From Convolutriloba macropyga (lineage: Eukaryota), in assembly GCF_964194025.1 (NCBI RefSeq), contig NC_134478.1, forward strand, positions 29,202,001 through 29,266,000: DNA of 64,000 bases. The letters run 5' to 3'. A program made the translations under genes and the position numbers. The notes under the pieces are model-generated. The model saw nothing but the letters and a program-made list of their open reading frames with translations. It searched no databases and was not told where the DNA came from. Shown one piece after another: positions 12,587-26,700 of the stretch. Numbering within the stretch: position 1 is the first letter of the stretch; every line of letters starts with the position of its first letter.

Positions 12587-15219
12587 TTATTGTTCCGACC
12601 CTCTTGAGGGGGGAGGAACTATATACTCAACTGGGTTTTTTTTTGTTCCGTGAATTTTCGCCGCTCGATATATTCATCGTAGAGAGTTGAGACTGGTATC
12701 ATTAGAAAGCTCATCCAGCGTAGAATATGGAATTAAAAAGATTTTTTTAATTTTCGATTTCTACAGAGAGTTATCGAGGTTTAAAGTTCTGAGAAACGAA
12801 GAGTGAATTCACGTTGTTTTTATTCACATTTTCCGGAATTTTTGCCTAAATTTTCGTCAATTTTGCTAAAATTTGTTATAATTTTTAAGAATAGTGTCGT
12901 TGATTTTATTTTTGAAGACAAACAAGCATTGTTGATTGTTTTGATTTAATTTCTTTGGTCAAAAAATCTGGATAAACATTTCAAAATTTAGACTTTTTCA
13001 TCAAAAACAGCACGAAATAAGCTAATTTAGTCCACTTTGATTAAATTTGCCGACAGTACATCCCCAAACAACACTCAAAAAATCTTTGTAGACTCAGAGG
13101 GGGGCTATTTCTACTTCAGAGTCCGCTGAGAGTGCACTGTAGTTAAAACCTTGCCGTTTTTTGCCAACTTTACTCGTTGATTATCAAAAATGCATAATTT
13201 ATTTTGAGTTTTCAACTAACAAATTATCTATATCTACAACATTCGAAAAATCAGTTATTCCTAAGGGACAATAAGTATTATCAGGGCTTGTTTTTGGCCA
13301 TTCTAGGACTGTTACAATCCAAAAAAAATCGGGTTTTAATCAGTCGGTCTTTTTTTTAAAAAAAAAAGACTTTTTTTTAATAATAAAAAACAGAACATAT
13401 CAAATCAAAGCTCAGGAGTGATAGGTCCAACCGATTTGCTTGTTAAGCAGCTCCAAGTTAATGCATTAAGTTTTTTAATTGAAAATTTATGGTCGTTTCT
13501 TTTTTTAAAAATAATTGACCTTTCAATAAATAATGGCTTAATTAAATTTTTTCTCTACTTTTTTTTCTTAATTTGTACAACTTCCAGCTTAATGTCAGCA
13601 AAAAACGACCGCTTTTTCTTTCTACTTATTTTACATTTATTCTCAGTTGCAGTTTTAAGCCTGAAGTTATTGTTTTCTGGCTTTGATACCACAAGATTTC
13701 AGATTTTTTTGTTTTGATATTTGCCAGTTTTTCACGTTTTCTAATTTTGTCACATTATCACATTTTTGACGGTTCTCATGTCACCTCATTAGCATTCAGA
13801 ATAAGGCACAATTGAACATATTAAAATTCTGAAAGATATACATCATCGTTTTAACGGCCTCGACGCCTCTTTCTTGAAGAAATCAATTGAATTTTTTAAT
13901 TTTGTCTCTAACTGTCATTTATACTTTGTCTTTTCGGTCGCATGAAAATTCCTGTATAGTGATAGCTTTCATTGGCTTTTCATAGAAGAGTAGAAGAACC
14001 GATATTCTGATATTAGTAGATAGCTGATGGCTTTCATAACGATCAAAACAATCGTTTTCCAAAATTAAAAAAAAAAAATTTCAACTTCGCAATTTTGTTC
14101 TTTTTATGTTTCTTTTTGTTACCTAATCTCGTTAGTTAACTACAGGTCAAAAATAACATTATGGGTGTCAAAGGAATAAGAGGGATTGGTGTCCCAAAAT
14201 CTGTTAAAGAATTTGTTATGACCTTACTGGTTTCGACACCGGTTTTTCACAAAAAAAAGTAAACTAATGTGATTTTTGTCATATTTGACGTTCTTTTTGT
14301 AGATGCAAGAAATATTCTGGATAATTACAGGTCTCGAGGGCTTTTTTTGAATAAACGACCCTATTTAAATAGCTCTTTTTGTTATTAATGCCTTTCATGA
14401 CATTAAATGTAATTTTGTTTCAAAAAAAAATTACATACTTTAGCACTTCGCTATTTTGTCTGCTTGTTACCTAGTCTTACTAATGAATAGCCACGTACTA
14501 AATTATAACTCTTTGAAGAAGGCGCAATCAAATGTATTTTGAGTGCCAAAAATTGGCTTGACGGTTTTGACAGCGTTTTCTGGCAAGTTTCAATTGAAAT
14601 TTTGTTTGTTCTTTGTTGTTCTTTTTAGCCGCTTTAAAAAAAGAATAAGGACAGGTCCTAATGCTCTTCTATAGAAGTAGTGGAAATCGTAAATTTGTGG
14701 TAATGTTAATTGATTCCTAATGGTATTTATTACTTTGAAGTTAACTGTTTCAAAAAAATAAGTTAATTTTTTTTACTTTACTGTTTTTGTTCTTTCTTGT
14801 ATAATTGTTACCAAACCTTTTTATGGACTGGTCGCATATGTTTTCTGGGGATTTATAAGTTATTTTTGTTTAGTTTTGGGTTTATCTGACGGTATGTTGA
14901 TTTTGTTATTAAATTTAGTTTTTAAGAGGGACATAAATTTTTTGATGTAATTAATGTTTGTTGTTGTTGTTGTTTGATTTTGCTTTTCGTCTTGACTCGC
15001 TTTCTTAATATTGACATATTACAGCAATCTAATGCATCAACTTTTATCTTATCGTTGATACAAAATTTTTTGAAAATGACTTGGGCTTTTTTGGGAATCG
15101 CAAAAAATAATTTTTGGGTTCTTCTATCTGTTCCTCATTTGGTAGACAATTATGCCAAATTTGTGGATGGGCGGGGTCGGAACCTTATGTGCCATCGCAC
15201 ATTACCGAGCCGCCTTGTT
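12587..15219 (+). mobile_element. Apparently complete HINE/DINE-like non-autonomous element, ~2.6 kb
   Basis: 5' subterminal GTTCCGACCC (12592-12601) is the perfect inverse of 3' GGGTCGGAAC (15174-15183). This is followed by the hairpin ATGTGC-CATC-GCACAT (15187-15202) and a CTTGTT end. Non-coding, T-rich. Confidence 0.7.
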
Positions 15220-15279
15220 TCAATTAGTGATGACTGCTGATTTCAGCAGTAATTTTAAACGGTGGACAACAAAGAGACT

Positions 15280-17333
15280 GACTATATACTCAAACAGTAT
15301 ATACTCAAATTGCTTTTTCTCAAACAGGCAGAACAGTATATACTCAAACAGGCAGAACTATATACTCAAATTGCTTTTTCGTTCAGTCGATTTTGGCCGA
15401 CCGATATACTCATCGTAGAGAAATATGAGTGGTATCATTAAAAGGCCCTGAAGCGTAGAATTTGAAATTAAAAAGATATTTTTGATCGTCCGTGTTTTTC
15501 GAGATATCAAGGTTTTAAATTTTGTGTGACTACATGATATTTGTTACAACTTTTATTTGGGTCACACTGGAAAAATGTTATCTTCGTAATAGACAAAAGT
15601 CAATAAAAACTAGTGGCTGTCTCAACAGAAAATAATTACCATTAAAAATTTGAATTCTATCGTAAAACTGTTTTCTTTAATTCTTTTCGTTTTTTTGTTT
15701 TTTTTTGCATGTCAAGGAAAGACTTGTCTCTTTTCAAAACCAGTGTCCATTAATGACAAACCTCCTGTACAGTCAAGTGGGCTCCAATGAACAAATAATT
15801 TGTTTTCAAGGATTCACTCATTTTGTCGCTTCGATACTGTTTTCGTAATTTTTGTTGAAACTTTGAGATTCTTTTCAAGATTAACACAATTTTTTTGTAA
15901 TTCTATCTTATATTAGAGACTTTCTGAACAAAAGTGGCTGCATAGAGAGCATTAAGTAAACCTATTTAGTGCTCTGGGTAATAATCAAGTGACTGTAAAG
16001 ACCTTGAAAAATATTTTTCAAAAAGAAATTTGTTTTTCTTTAACCAATTTTTAACTTATTTATGTGAACTTGTATTTCAGGCTAACTATTCACCGGACGC
16101 ACGTTCTAGTGAAACGAATTTTCGATTGGTTGGTGATTTTATGTTCTCACTATTGGTTTTTCGAAGCTACAAATTTCTTTACTTTTTGGATAATTGTTCA
16201 CAACTTTGGTTCTTTTTTAAAAAAATTATCAACATCTCCTATGATTGATACCTCCCGTTGGCATTGAAAAGAAATTCAATTGAACATAGATAGGGTTTAA
16301 TGAAAACCGCTTGCGTCTCTTATGTTTTCAAAATTTTTTCCTATTTGTCCCTATTTTTTGCTATTCAAAGACGTTTCCCCATTTATTGTCAATTTGTCAT
16401 CTTGTAAATTAATCCCAACATCGAGAGATCCCATCCCTTTTCCTATAATTCAACTAAAAACTTGTCTATATTTTTCTGTGATAACTTATGTTTTGTAAGA
16501 TTAACAATAAGCGTTTCCATTAAAAAAATGAGATTGGCAAATATTTTTTTCTTTTCCGTGTCTTTTACCATTTCCGCGTTAATAACAGATCCCAATGATT
16601 TGCAAGAGACACCCAAGTGAAAATAGTTAATCGCTAAGTTTAAAATTGACTAAAATAATAGCAATTATCCTTGATCAGATAACAGCTAATGAGTTTAGTG
16701 GCTCCATTACTTCGTGTTTCCGTAAATTGCTTGTATTTTTGGGTACTTCTGCATCTATCTGTAGTCCGGATCTATGGCTTAATCTGATCAAAATCATGTA
16801 ATATTGATTTCTTAGGGTTTTTTTGTAAATTTATAAGGAACTTTTCAGTTGAAAGCTAACGATTCTTATGACTTTTGAAATTATTTGGTTTAAGAAATGT
16901 TGACGGACTTTGAACTTCGCCTCTTCTTATATTTATCGACTTTTTGCTTCTTCTCATCACACACAAATCCCAACTGCATTGTAGTTAAGAAAAAGCAAAC
17001 TTGTATAGTTAAGATTGTATTTGATGGTATTTTGACTTTTTTACTTGGAGCTTTTAGATTTAGATATTGAGTTTTTCCCGATAATGATGTTTTTTGGTTT
17101 TGATAATTTTATTGTTTCTTTTTTCTCGGAGTGTTATTAATGGCAGATCATGTTAGTGCCCTAATGCGGCATGGGATTATGTTATTCATTTAGTAGTTTG
17201 TGTCTGTAGCAATTTTTATTAACGCAAACATCTATTTTTGAACATCTCACTTTTGATTGACAATTAAGTCACAAACGTAGATGAGCTGGGATCGGAACTT
17301 TTGTGTCAACGTCCATTACCGAGCCTCGTGTTT
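15280..17333 (+). mobile_element. Second, more diverged HINE-like copy, head-to-tail with the previous one
   Basis: The 5' block (TATATACTCAA repeats; TCATCGTAGAGA..TGGTATCATTA..AGCGTAGAAT..AATTAAAAAGAT) matches 12620-12745. The 3' end GATCGGAAC..CATTACCGAGCCTCGTGTT lies at 17290-17333. Confidence 0.6.
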
Positions 17334-18973
17334 CAAGCCAGTTTTGTTTCAATTAATTGACATGTTTGCTGTTAAAAACTATTTTAAAGAAAGTGTCAGC
17401 GCTGGGATACGTTTTTTTTGTTTAAAATTTTTGCTCTTAATCGAATTCCTTCCCTTCATCTTCCTTTGCTACAGTTGCATATATGTTCAAGCTCTAGTGC
17501 ATCTGAGATCCCAGAATGAAATGAAACAGGAACCTTTATTACTTTAAGACTTTTGTCGACATTCAAGACATATTTTGCACATTTAACCTTTAAGACTTTT
17601 TTTTGCCTTATTCCGACCATATCTCCTCGCTTTTTACTGCTTAGTGTCCAAGTTTTCCTTCTCAGACCCAGTAATGTTGGGCATTAATATCTCCGAGTAC
17701 CTAAACAGAGTGTGGTCAGATGTCACTTAAATCTTGAACTACAAACAAGAGCAGCACGGCGCTATAGCTCATTTTTTAAATTTCTTTTCGATTTGCTCAG
17801 ATTTTTGTCAATTCTCTCATAAAACGAAAGTGTATTATGGTGATCGTTTTTGGGTCGTGTAGTGATCGAAATTTGACAAGAGTTTGAAGATCTATTGCTT
17901 TTAATGGGGGGCAAACTTGCATACGATTTTTAAATTTATATTTTGGATTTTGGAGTCGAACATTTTTGAACAATTAATTTAGTTTTTATAAACAGCTGGT
18001 TTAATTCTTAAGAAAAACAAATATTTACACGGATTATCACAAGAGAAAATCATATAAGCAATATTATATACTAGACTATGATTTTGCGTAAAAAATTTTT
18101 ATATATGCGCGCTTTTGGTGCTCATAAAAAGAACAGAATTCACATCAAAAGAAAATTAATTGAAAAAAAAAACCTACCAGCTAACCAGTTAACATTTGTT
18201 ATGAGGTAATAGCATTGATATTCCGATTGTGTTGAGTGAGCTAGGGAATTTTATTGTTGCATGGAGTATAGAATAGACTAATATTCGAGTGGTTATATGA
18301 TGCGAATTAAGTGATTTTCGATCAATAATCGATCAGATGGCTGAACAGAATTGTCACATCAAAGCTAAAAGCGAACACTAAAAAACAGAAAATATGAGCA
18401 GAAATAATCCTAAATAAGTATTACCAAATGAAAGATGAAAAAAAAGGATCAGCCTTTACAACAACACAATTGTACCCTAGTTATTTTGATGTGTAAAATA
18501 AGACGAGCGGTGAAATTCGATGAACTAGTTATCTTTGTACTACCCAATAATTTGTATATCCGGAACTGTTCTGGAAATATTTAGTACTGGGACATCATTG
18601 ACAAATTTCGTTTAAAAAATGGGAACCTTTCTCTTATATTTGTTTCTTTTTTATTTCACTGTTCAGCTTTAAAAATGATTTTAAAAAACTTTTTGAAATT
18701 CGAGATGAAAAATGCGTATCAAATTACGTTTAGCATAAATGACAAATCGCTAAATTGATGATTCATAATTTTTTGTAACAAATATATAAATGGAGAAGAT
18801 TTTTTCTCACTTTGTTGTTGTGTCTATTGTTGTTGTCTTTTCAATTTTCACTGACTGTAGTGCCCGGACGTATATGTGCAGTTGGTGGTCTGATCAGGTG
18901 GATTAATGAAGAGAAGTCAGACACAATTGCGTCATCACTTTGCTATTAACTTCACAAGTGCAATATGCTGTCA

Positions 18974-21900
18974 AATATTTTGCAAATATTGCAACAAACC
19001 TTTCCCCCGTATATTACGACCATCTGTATTTGGTATTTTGCAACTTGATAATGGAAAATATAAATCATAATTAATAGCTTCATATCTATTGAAGGCTATA
19101 CGGACACTTTTTAGTGTAAAACCTAGATTAATCGCACCGTTTAATCAAAACCAATAACTGGTCCATTCACTAGAAAGGGGAAGGGGAAAGTTAACTAAAG
19201 GGCGGGGAGGGCTTAGTTATAGGGGGGAGGCGGAGAGAAGGCACTAGTTAAAGGGTTGAGGGGGAGGAAAGCAAATACAATGAACTTTTACTGCTAAACT
19301 TCACAAATGTTTTTTGTTTTTCTACTTATATTTCATTTCAAATATAAAGCTACGACTGAGTAACCTTCGAAATCAAATTCAGATTTTGGTTACGCATTTT
19401 TCAAGAAACGAGACTATTGGTTAAAAAAGTTGCACAAGTGTGAATCAAAAACAAATTTCTCAAAAAAATCATTGCGTAGGATCAAATAGAAAAAAAATGA
19501 TAATTTTAACCGAACTGTAATAAAATGAGCAAAAAGATATAAAAAATATGCTGTTGGATTTCAAAATTCAGCCAAATTTAACATCCGTTTTTTTTTCTTT
19601 TTGACTTTACACATCACAGAAATGTGCGAATACAGTGACAACTTAAGATAATACCGTTATAACACTTTAACCGTTATAACCGTCAAATTTCTTCAAACAG
19701 CAACTTCTTGAGATATCCATTTTTATTCCAGTAATATGGACCGAAATACTTAATCAAAAGATCTGGTCAAGCTTAGGTGGATTTCATTGCCAATCTAGTG
19801 AGTTAGGTTCAATTAGTTCATAAACAATTTCAACTGAAGTTTTAAACATCTTTGTAACAAATCAAGAACTTTATATCTCATAATTCAAATACGACAATTC
19901 CATTTAATTCTATTTTTATTTTATTCAAATTTTTTTAAACATCTGTTTTTTTTCTGTTTTTCTCCTCTACATTAAAATAACTTTTACATGCTGAGAAAAA
20001 CAAAAAAAAACATTTAGATTTTATAATACCATTCGCTTCTTGCCAACTGGATATTTTGTGGTTGATTGAGCCATATTTGTATGCAGCAACGAACAATTGA
20101 GTTCATGCCAGTGTTGTCCAGCTATATTCAGTCAACTTTTGAACCATGTAGTTCGAAAAATATGCTGCACGCTCAAAAAACCGTGAATTTGTTTTAATTT
20201 GTGTCGCTGAAACATACCATGACGAAATTTATCAACGAAGTATTTGCCATAAAAGAGCTCTGGTGGAAATAGCTTGGTCTCTAGTTTTTATGCAATATTA
20301 GTATCTAATATATGCTCACCAATATTTTGCAAATATTGCAACAAAATTTTTCCCCCGTATATTACGACCATCTGCATTTGGTATTTTACAACTTGATAAT
20401 GGAAAATATAAATTATAATTAGTAGCTTCATATCTATTGAAGGCTATAGGAACACTTTTTAGTGTAAAACCTAGACAAATCGCACCGTTTAATCAAAAAC
20501 AGAAACTGGTCAGTTCTCTGGAACGGGGAAGGGGAGGGTTAATTAAGGGGCGGAGAGGAGGCATTAGTTAAAGGGGGAGGGGAGGAAAGGAGTTACAATT
20601 AACTTTTAATGCCAATCTTCACAATTAATTTTCGTTTTCTACTTGTATTCTTTTCAAATATAAAGCTCCGACTGAGTAACCTTCGAAATCAAATTCAGAT
20701 ATTGGTTACGCATTTTTCAAGAAGCAAGACTTTTGGTTAAAAAAGTTGCACAAGTGTGAATTCAAAAAAAAAGTTCTCAAAAAAATTTTTGCTTATGATC
20801 AAAGAGAAAAAATGATAATTGTAACCGAACTGTAATAAACTGAGCAAAATGATATAAAAATATGCTGTGGGATTTCAAAATTAAGCCAAATTTAACATCC
20901 GGTCTTTTTTTACTTTAGACATCACAGAAATGTGCGAATACAGCGAAAACTTAAGATAATACCGTTATAACACTTTAACCGTTATAACTGTCAAATTTCT
21001 TCAAACAGCAACTTCTTGAGATATCCAATTTTATTCCAGTAATACGGACCGAATTACTTAATCAAAAGATCTGGTCAAGCTTAGGTGGATTTTATTGCCA
21101 ATCTAGTAAGTTATTTTCAATTAGTTCATGTACAATTTCAACTGAAGTTTTAAACATCTTTGTAACAAATCACGAATTTTTTATATCTCACAATTCAAAT
21201 ACCACAATTCCATTTAATTCTATTTTTATTTTATTCAAATTTTTTTAAACATCAGTTTTTTTCTGTTTTTTTCCTCTATATAAAAATAACTTTTACAAGC
21301 TGAGAAAAACAAAAAAACACTTACCTTTTATAATATCATTCGCTTCTTGCAAACTGGATAGTTTGTGGTTGATTGAGCCAATTTTGTATGCAGCAACGAA
21401 CAATTGAGTTCTTGCCAGTGTTGTCCAGCTATATTCAGTCAACTTTTGAACCATGTAGTTCGAAAAATATGCTGAACGCTCAAAAAACCGTGAAAATGTT
21501 TTAATTTGTGTCGATGAAACATACCATGACGAAATTTATCAACGAAGTATTTGTCATAAAGAGCTCTGGTGGAAGTAGCTTGGTCTCTGGTTTTTTGCAA
21601 AGTTAGTATCTAAATTATGCTCACCAATATTTTGCAAATATTGCAACAAACTTTTCCCCCGTATATTACGACCATCTGTATTTGGTATTTTACAACTGGA
21701 TAATGGAAAATATAAATTATAATTAATAGCTTCATATCTATTGAAGGCTATAAGAGCACTTTTTAGTGTAAAACCTAGATTAATCGCACCGTTTAATCAG
21801 AACCAAAAACTGGTCCGTTCTCTAGAAAGGGGAAGGGGAGGGTTAATTAAAGGGCGGAGAGGGCTTAGTTATAGGGGGGCGGAGAGGAGGCATTAGTTAA

Positions 21901-22100
21901 AGCGGGAGGGGAGGAAAGGAAATACAATTAATTTTTGCTGCTAACGTTCACAATTAATTATCGTTTTCTACTTGTATTCATTTCAAATGTAACGCTACGA
22001 CTGAGTAACCTTGGAATTCAATTTCAGATTTTGGTTACGCATTTTTCAAGCAACGAGTTTTTTTGATAAAAAAGTTGCACAAGCGTGAACTTAAAAAAAA
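18974..22100. repeat. Tandem repeat, unit ~1.3 kb, 2.4 copies starting at 18974, 20321 and 21626
   Basis: AATATTTTGCAAATATTGCAACAAA..CCCCCGTATATTACGACCATCTG recurs at spacings of 1347 and 1305 bp. The copies are collinear and highly similar throughout. No ORF. Confidence 0.97.
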
Positions 22101-23799
22101 GTCGAGTTGTACGTTTGTCGCACAAAATGGACGCTTATCGCCAAATTATATTGTCATTTTACAGGCTGGAATTTTTTTTTCGATGAATTTGGAAAAATTA
22201 ACTGAGAAAGAAAATTTTTATAGCGCTGCGGACATAAAATGAATGATATTTGTTGTCTTCATTTGAATGGGACGTCTGATATGGTAGTGAGAGATTTGCA
22301 GAAAACATTTGTTTGGAGTTTACTAAGCTGAAAATCAAAATGATTGTTCCCACCAATGGTTGTTGGAACACCCCGATATCTGCAGTAATTCAGGAACCTT
22401 GAAAGATCTCCTTTGTAATCAAAAGAATCGGCTTCATCAATGTGTCATGTCTCTTTGTCACAGTTCAATTCTAACTTGTTTTATTTTCATACACTTTTCA
22501 TTTTGTTCAAATTGTGCCCAATTTTGTAATTAAATTTTGACTGCACAAAGCACATGTATCATTGAAAAGTTGAACCGCTAGAAAGTAAATTTCTAGAATC
22601 TATACAATATTGAAACTAAATTCATCTTTGAGCTCAACAGGATTTCCAAGCATTTTGACAGTCATGAAATAATATCAAAAATAAAAAAACCATAAAAAGG
22701 CAAAAGTTGTTAACAAACATTTAATAAATAAACCAATTTCTTTAAAAATAGTGGTACAGAAGTAAAAACAAATTAAACGAAAATACCATTTTCAAACAAA
22801 ACTACCATGTCAAGATGCAGGCTTCATCTAAAGGAACCATGCTATTAAGACAATATCTCAAAACAAATGTTGTCAGCAAATGTTTCGTGTTTAAATTTGA
22901 CTACAGAATTCTGCTGTCAGTACTTCTGCATGGAAAAAATAATCAAAAGTATAGAGGTTTTTGCAAAGTTGTTAAAAGCAGGTTAATATCACCATTATCT
23001 TTGTTTCAACTCGAAGTCGAGTACGAAAAGTGAGGAATGGCAAATTCTATATATTTTTTTTTCTATTTCTAGCACAGAAAACATTTGAGCTGCTAATCTT
23101 CTCAACACTTGTTGTGACAGATTGCTGATTACTACTGAAACCAAGTCAGTTTATTTTTTTTAAACGTTAACAGAAATATGAATTTGCTGTTTTGTCTCAA
23201 AAAAGAAGAGCCGCGATGAAATAAAAAACTTCAAATCTTAAATTTGTTCTTCTATTGTCAGGTTCATATGATTGTAAGAATTGCAACGATCACAACAATT
23301 CCTAAAATGTCCCATTAACAGGTGAATTGGATTACATACAGCATTTTTCATCCTAATTGAACTATTATTGTAATAATATTAGACTTTTTATCGGGAAAAG
23401 AGATGCAATACTCAAAAAAATTTATAGGCCAATTTGCATTTTGCTGCTTTTACTAAAGTTTTCAAAATCGTTTTTAGCAGCACATTTATTGGCGTTTTGA
23501 ATTAACAATTAGCTTGGTTAAAATAACTAGGTTTAAAAAACAACAGATCACCAGTTTAATAAATCAATTTTCAACGATTCATGTTAGTTTTCCAGATATG
23601 AAATGTATGTTTCTATTCTCCCCACTTTGGTCAGAGAAGAATAAAAACTCATAATTAATACATTTGTTAAATCAATCGTGTTTTCACTTGGAATAATGAA
23701 ACCCACACAATCGCGTTTTCAACGAGGATAGTGCAACCCACATCATTTGGTTTGCAAATGGCATAATGAAACCCATAAAATCATAGGTCATAAGACCTT

Positions 23800-26700
23800 A
23801 AGGAGGCTTCTTTTGCTTGCAGCTGGCTCACAGTTCTGAGCTTCTTGCTATTAACATTATAGCCTCACATTGGTGTGACTGGCATTATTTCCTCTCATTA
23901 GTGTGACAGAAACCGAATGAGCAAGCCTGCTGAAAGCAACTGATAAACCAGCCGAGTACAAACTTCTGTTGTCAGTGAGCAGAGCTATTCGCTTCAATGT
24001 CTTTCTGACCAATTCAGAGAGTCCACCAAATGATTCAAAAGCCATGGGAATAAATTGAACACATATGTTGGCACATTGTTGAGAATATTGCTCCAAATTC
24101 CTGTCTTCCGCATCTCTCAGGGCAAAACCAGACTCCCTCGCCGCCTTTAAAATAATACTAGGTTGCAGTGGGAGGCAATTGTCATATACAGAGCTGCCGG
24201 TTGCCCAGCAGAGCAACAATGTAAATATACATCTCCAGGTCAAGGATTTGTTTCTGGTATCAGCTTCTCTGCTCGCAAACTGGTGACAGGATGACAGCGC
24301 TGCAAGCAGAAAAATTTTTGTCCCTTAGGTGGTCGTGTCGCAAAATCATATTGCCTCGGCCATGACATGCAACAGCATGGTCACCCAGTGTATCCAAAGA
24401 TCCTGTTCTACAATGGGGACATTTCCTTTTCTTTTCATATATGGGAGCGCCCAGTTTGTACTTCACAGCTGCACGAAACTCATTTGACATGAGATGGAGG
24501 CCGAGAGCTGGTATGGGAGCTGCCGATAACCAAGCTCCTGATTGCGACTGAGAGAGTGAAAGTAAATGAGCTTTTTCTCTTTCGGATTTTTGATTTTCAA
24601 TTATTTTTATTCAGAGCAACTTCTTCGAGGACTTCATGTATTTTGCTTAGAGTAAACTGCGAATTTTGACAGACCACTTATTTCATCAATCAATCAATTT
24701 GGTGAAAGTTTGATCACTTGTCGGTCTTTGGCCAGTTATTAGCTCTACAAAAGTAGCAGATTGCGATATCGAACCAATATAGGCTGCTTTTACCTGATCA
24801 GATGCTCGTCGGATTCCCATTCCAGCCTCATTGATAGGCAAACATGCTTGATGCCATGACCCATTGAACAAGACTGCTCCCAGTATATTATCGAATGTTT
24901 TCCTTTGAAGCCAGTCAAATTGCTCAAAAATATTTACAGCTTCCTCTGATGGTGAATTGCAGCGCAGTCAATACACCATTTTTGGTGCACCAGGGCAACT
25001 ACGTAGGATGCCAAGAGCACATTGTAGGTCGTTTAAGTACTCCAGGTTCTCCAGTAATTTTCCGACCTTTTGAACATATTTCTTTATCGAGGAAGCAACC
25101 TTTCGGAGGGTCAAACAGTATTTCAAGTCCATCTCTACTGTTTTTTTTAATTCTGGTATCGATGGTGTTCAGAGCTCCTTTTGACCAGACCTCACACTTG
25201 TCTCTTCTGAGCTCTAGGCCACACATTTTGCCCGAGACAGTCAATATATATAAGGACTGGTTCAGTTCGGGCTCTGTTCCAGCAATAATAATATCATCAA
25301 GGTACTGGGTAAGATTAGGTGCTGGTTGACATTAGGTTTTTTTTATTCAATCTCTTCTATTGTAAACCACAAGGTTAGGGAGAACAACAGAGGACCCAAG
25401 GAATCTCCTTGTTGCACTCAAGATTGACTTCTTACAGATTTGTTACTATAATAAAGATGACTGTGCTGTAAGTAGAAATATATGGCAAATGATGCAAGCC
25501 TCGGCATTAATGTAGCAACTGCATTTAGAATTGGACAACTTCTAATGGAATGGAAGGCATGTTTAAAATCCTCTTACTCCTGCATCCTCTTACTCCTGAT
25601 CTGTAATACTCCTGCATCCTGTGAAAACTGCAATTTCTCAAATGTTATTTTGGTCGCTTGTATGATACTTTTAGCTCCACCCTTGACTCCTACACCAAGT
25701 TGTTAAGAAGAGTCAACTCTGTTTGTGTTTGTTTGGCAACTAACAGATCGGTCAACTCTGTTTGTGTTTGTTTGGCAATGCGCTTTGCAACTAAACGTCG
25801 CAAGTCCTCACCCACAGTTATCGGATGTACATCAACTTTTAATTTCTTTAAAATACTTAAAGAGGCACTGCAGAAAACTGGTGCCACTGACACATGAAGC
25901 TGACCTCTACTAGCCAATATTACTAGCTTTGTTATGCTTGTAATAGCTTGTTTAGATTGATCTGAAGCAGCGCATTTCCATGCGTGCATATGGTGCTCAG
26001 GGTACATTTTAGATGGACCGCCAGCTGAGAAATTGGGGAAGGTTTCTAATTGGCCAAATACAGTTGGCTCATCAAACTGATGAGCTTGGGAGCTGTAATC
26101 TTAGAATAGCAGTCGAGGTTCTTCTTCTAAAGGGTTTAGAGTTTTAAGCTGTCTGAATGCTTGGATATAATCTGCCGCTACTCCATCAGAGGACGGAAAC
26201 TTTTCTGCTCTACCGACTTGGCCTCGGAGGAACAGCGCCTTAGCACGACCTGGAAGTGCTTCAATGGTTTCAGAAACAGTTTTTCTTGATTGCTTCATCG
26301 ATGCAGCTTCATAACAAAATTCTGCGCATTCTCCCGCTTTCCAAGGCTCAAACAGTTTTGACAATAAGTTTTCCTGATTCTCTTTGTATTTCTTTCCACC
26401 CCTATTAGATGCACGCAATTTGCATTTAAAAATGGGAAATAGCTTCTATCAGTTTTCTGCGCAGTTTGGTTGTGAGGTATATCCCTCGAGAGTTTGGGTG
26501 AGAACGTCAGACCAACTGAGTCAACATTTGACAGGTATATACCGTAGTGTTGCATTCTGTTTCTTGCAAATTGTTTCCAAGTCTGGCAATTCAATAGAAT
26601 TCTTGTTTGATGAACCACGAATGACCTCTGTGCTATTTTAATTTGTTTCTGTTTCGCCAGTCGAAACTATCTCGACAATGCTGGCTGCTATATCACATGG

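Noticed and set aside
18974-22100. Tandem unit as an SL-RNA/snRNA array targeted by the nearby CRE-like element, or as a CRISPR array
   Set aside because: The Sm-like GATTTTGG is not conserved in unit 2, no snRNA or 5S sequence was recognised, and the retroelement lies 1.7 kb outside the array. There is no short repeat-spacer pattern.
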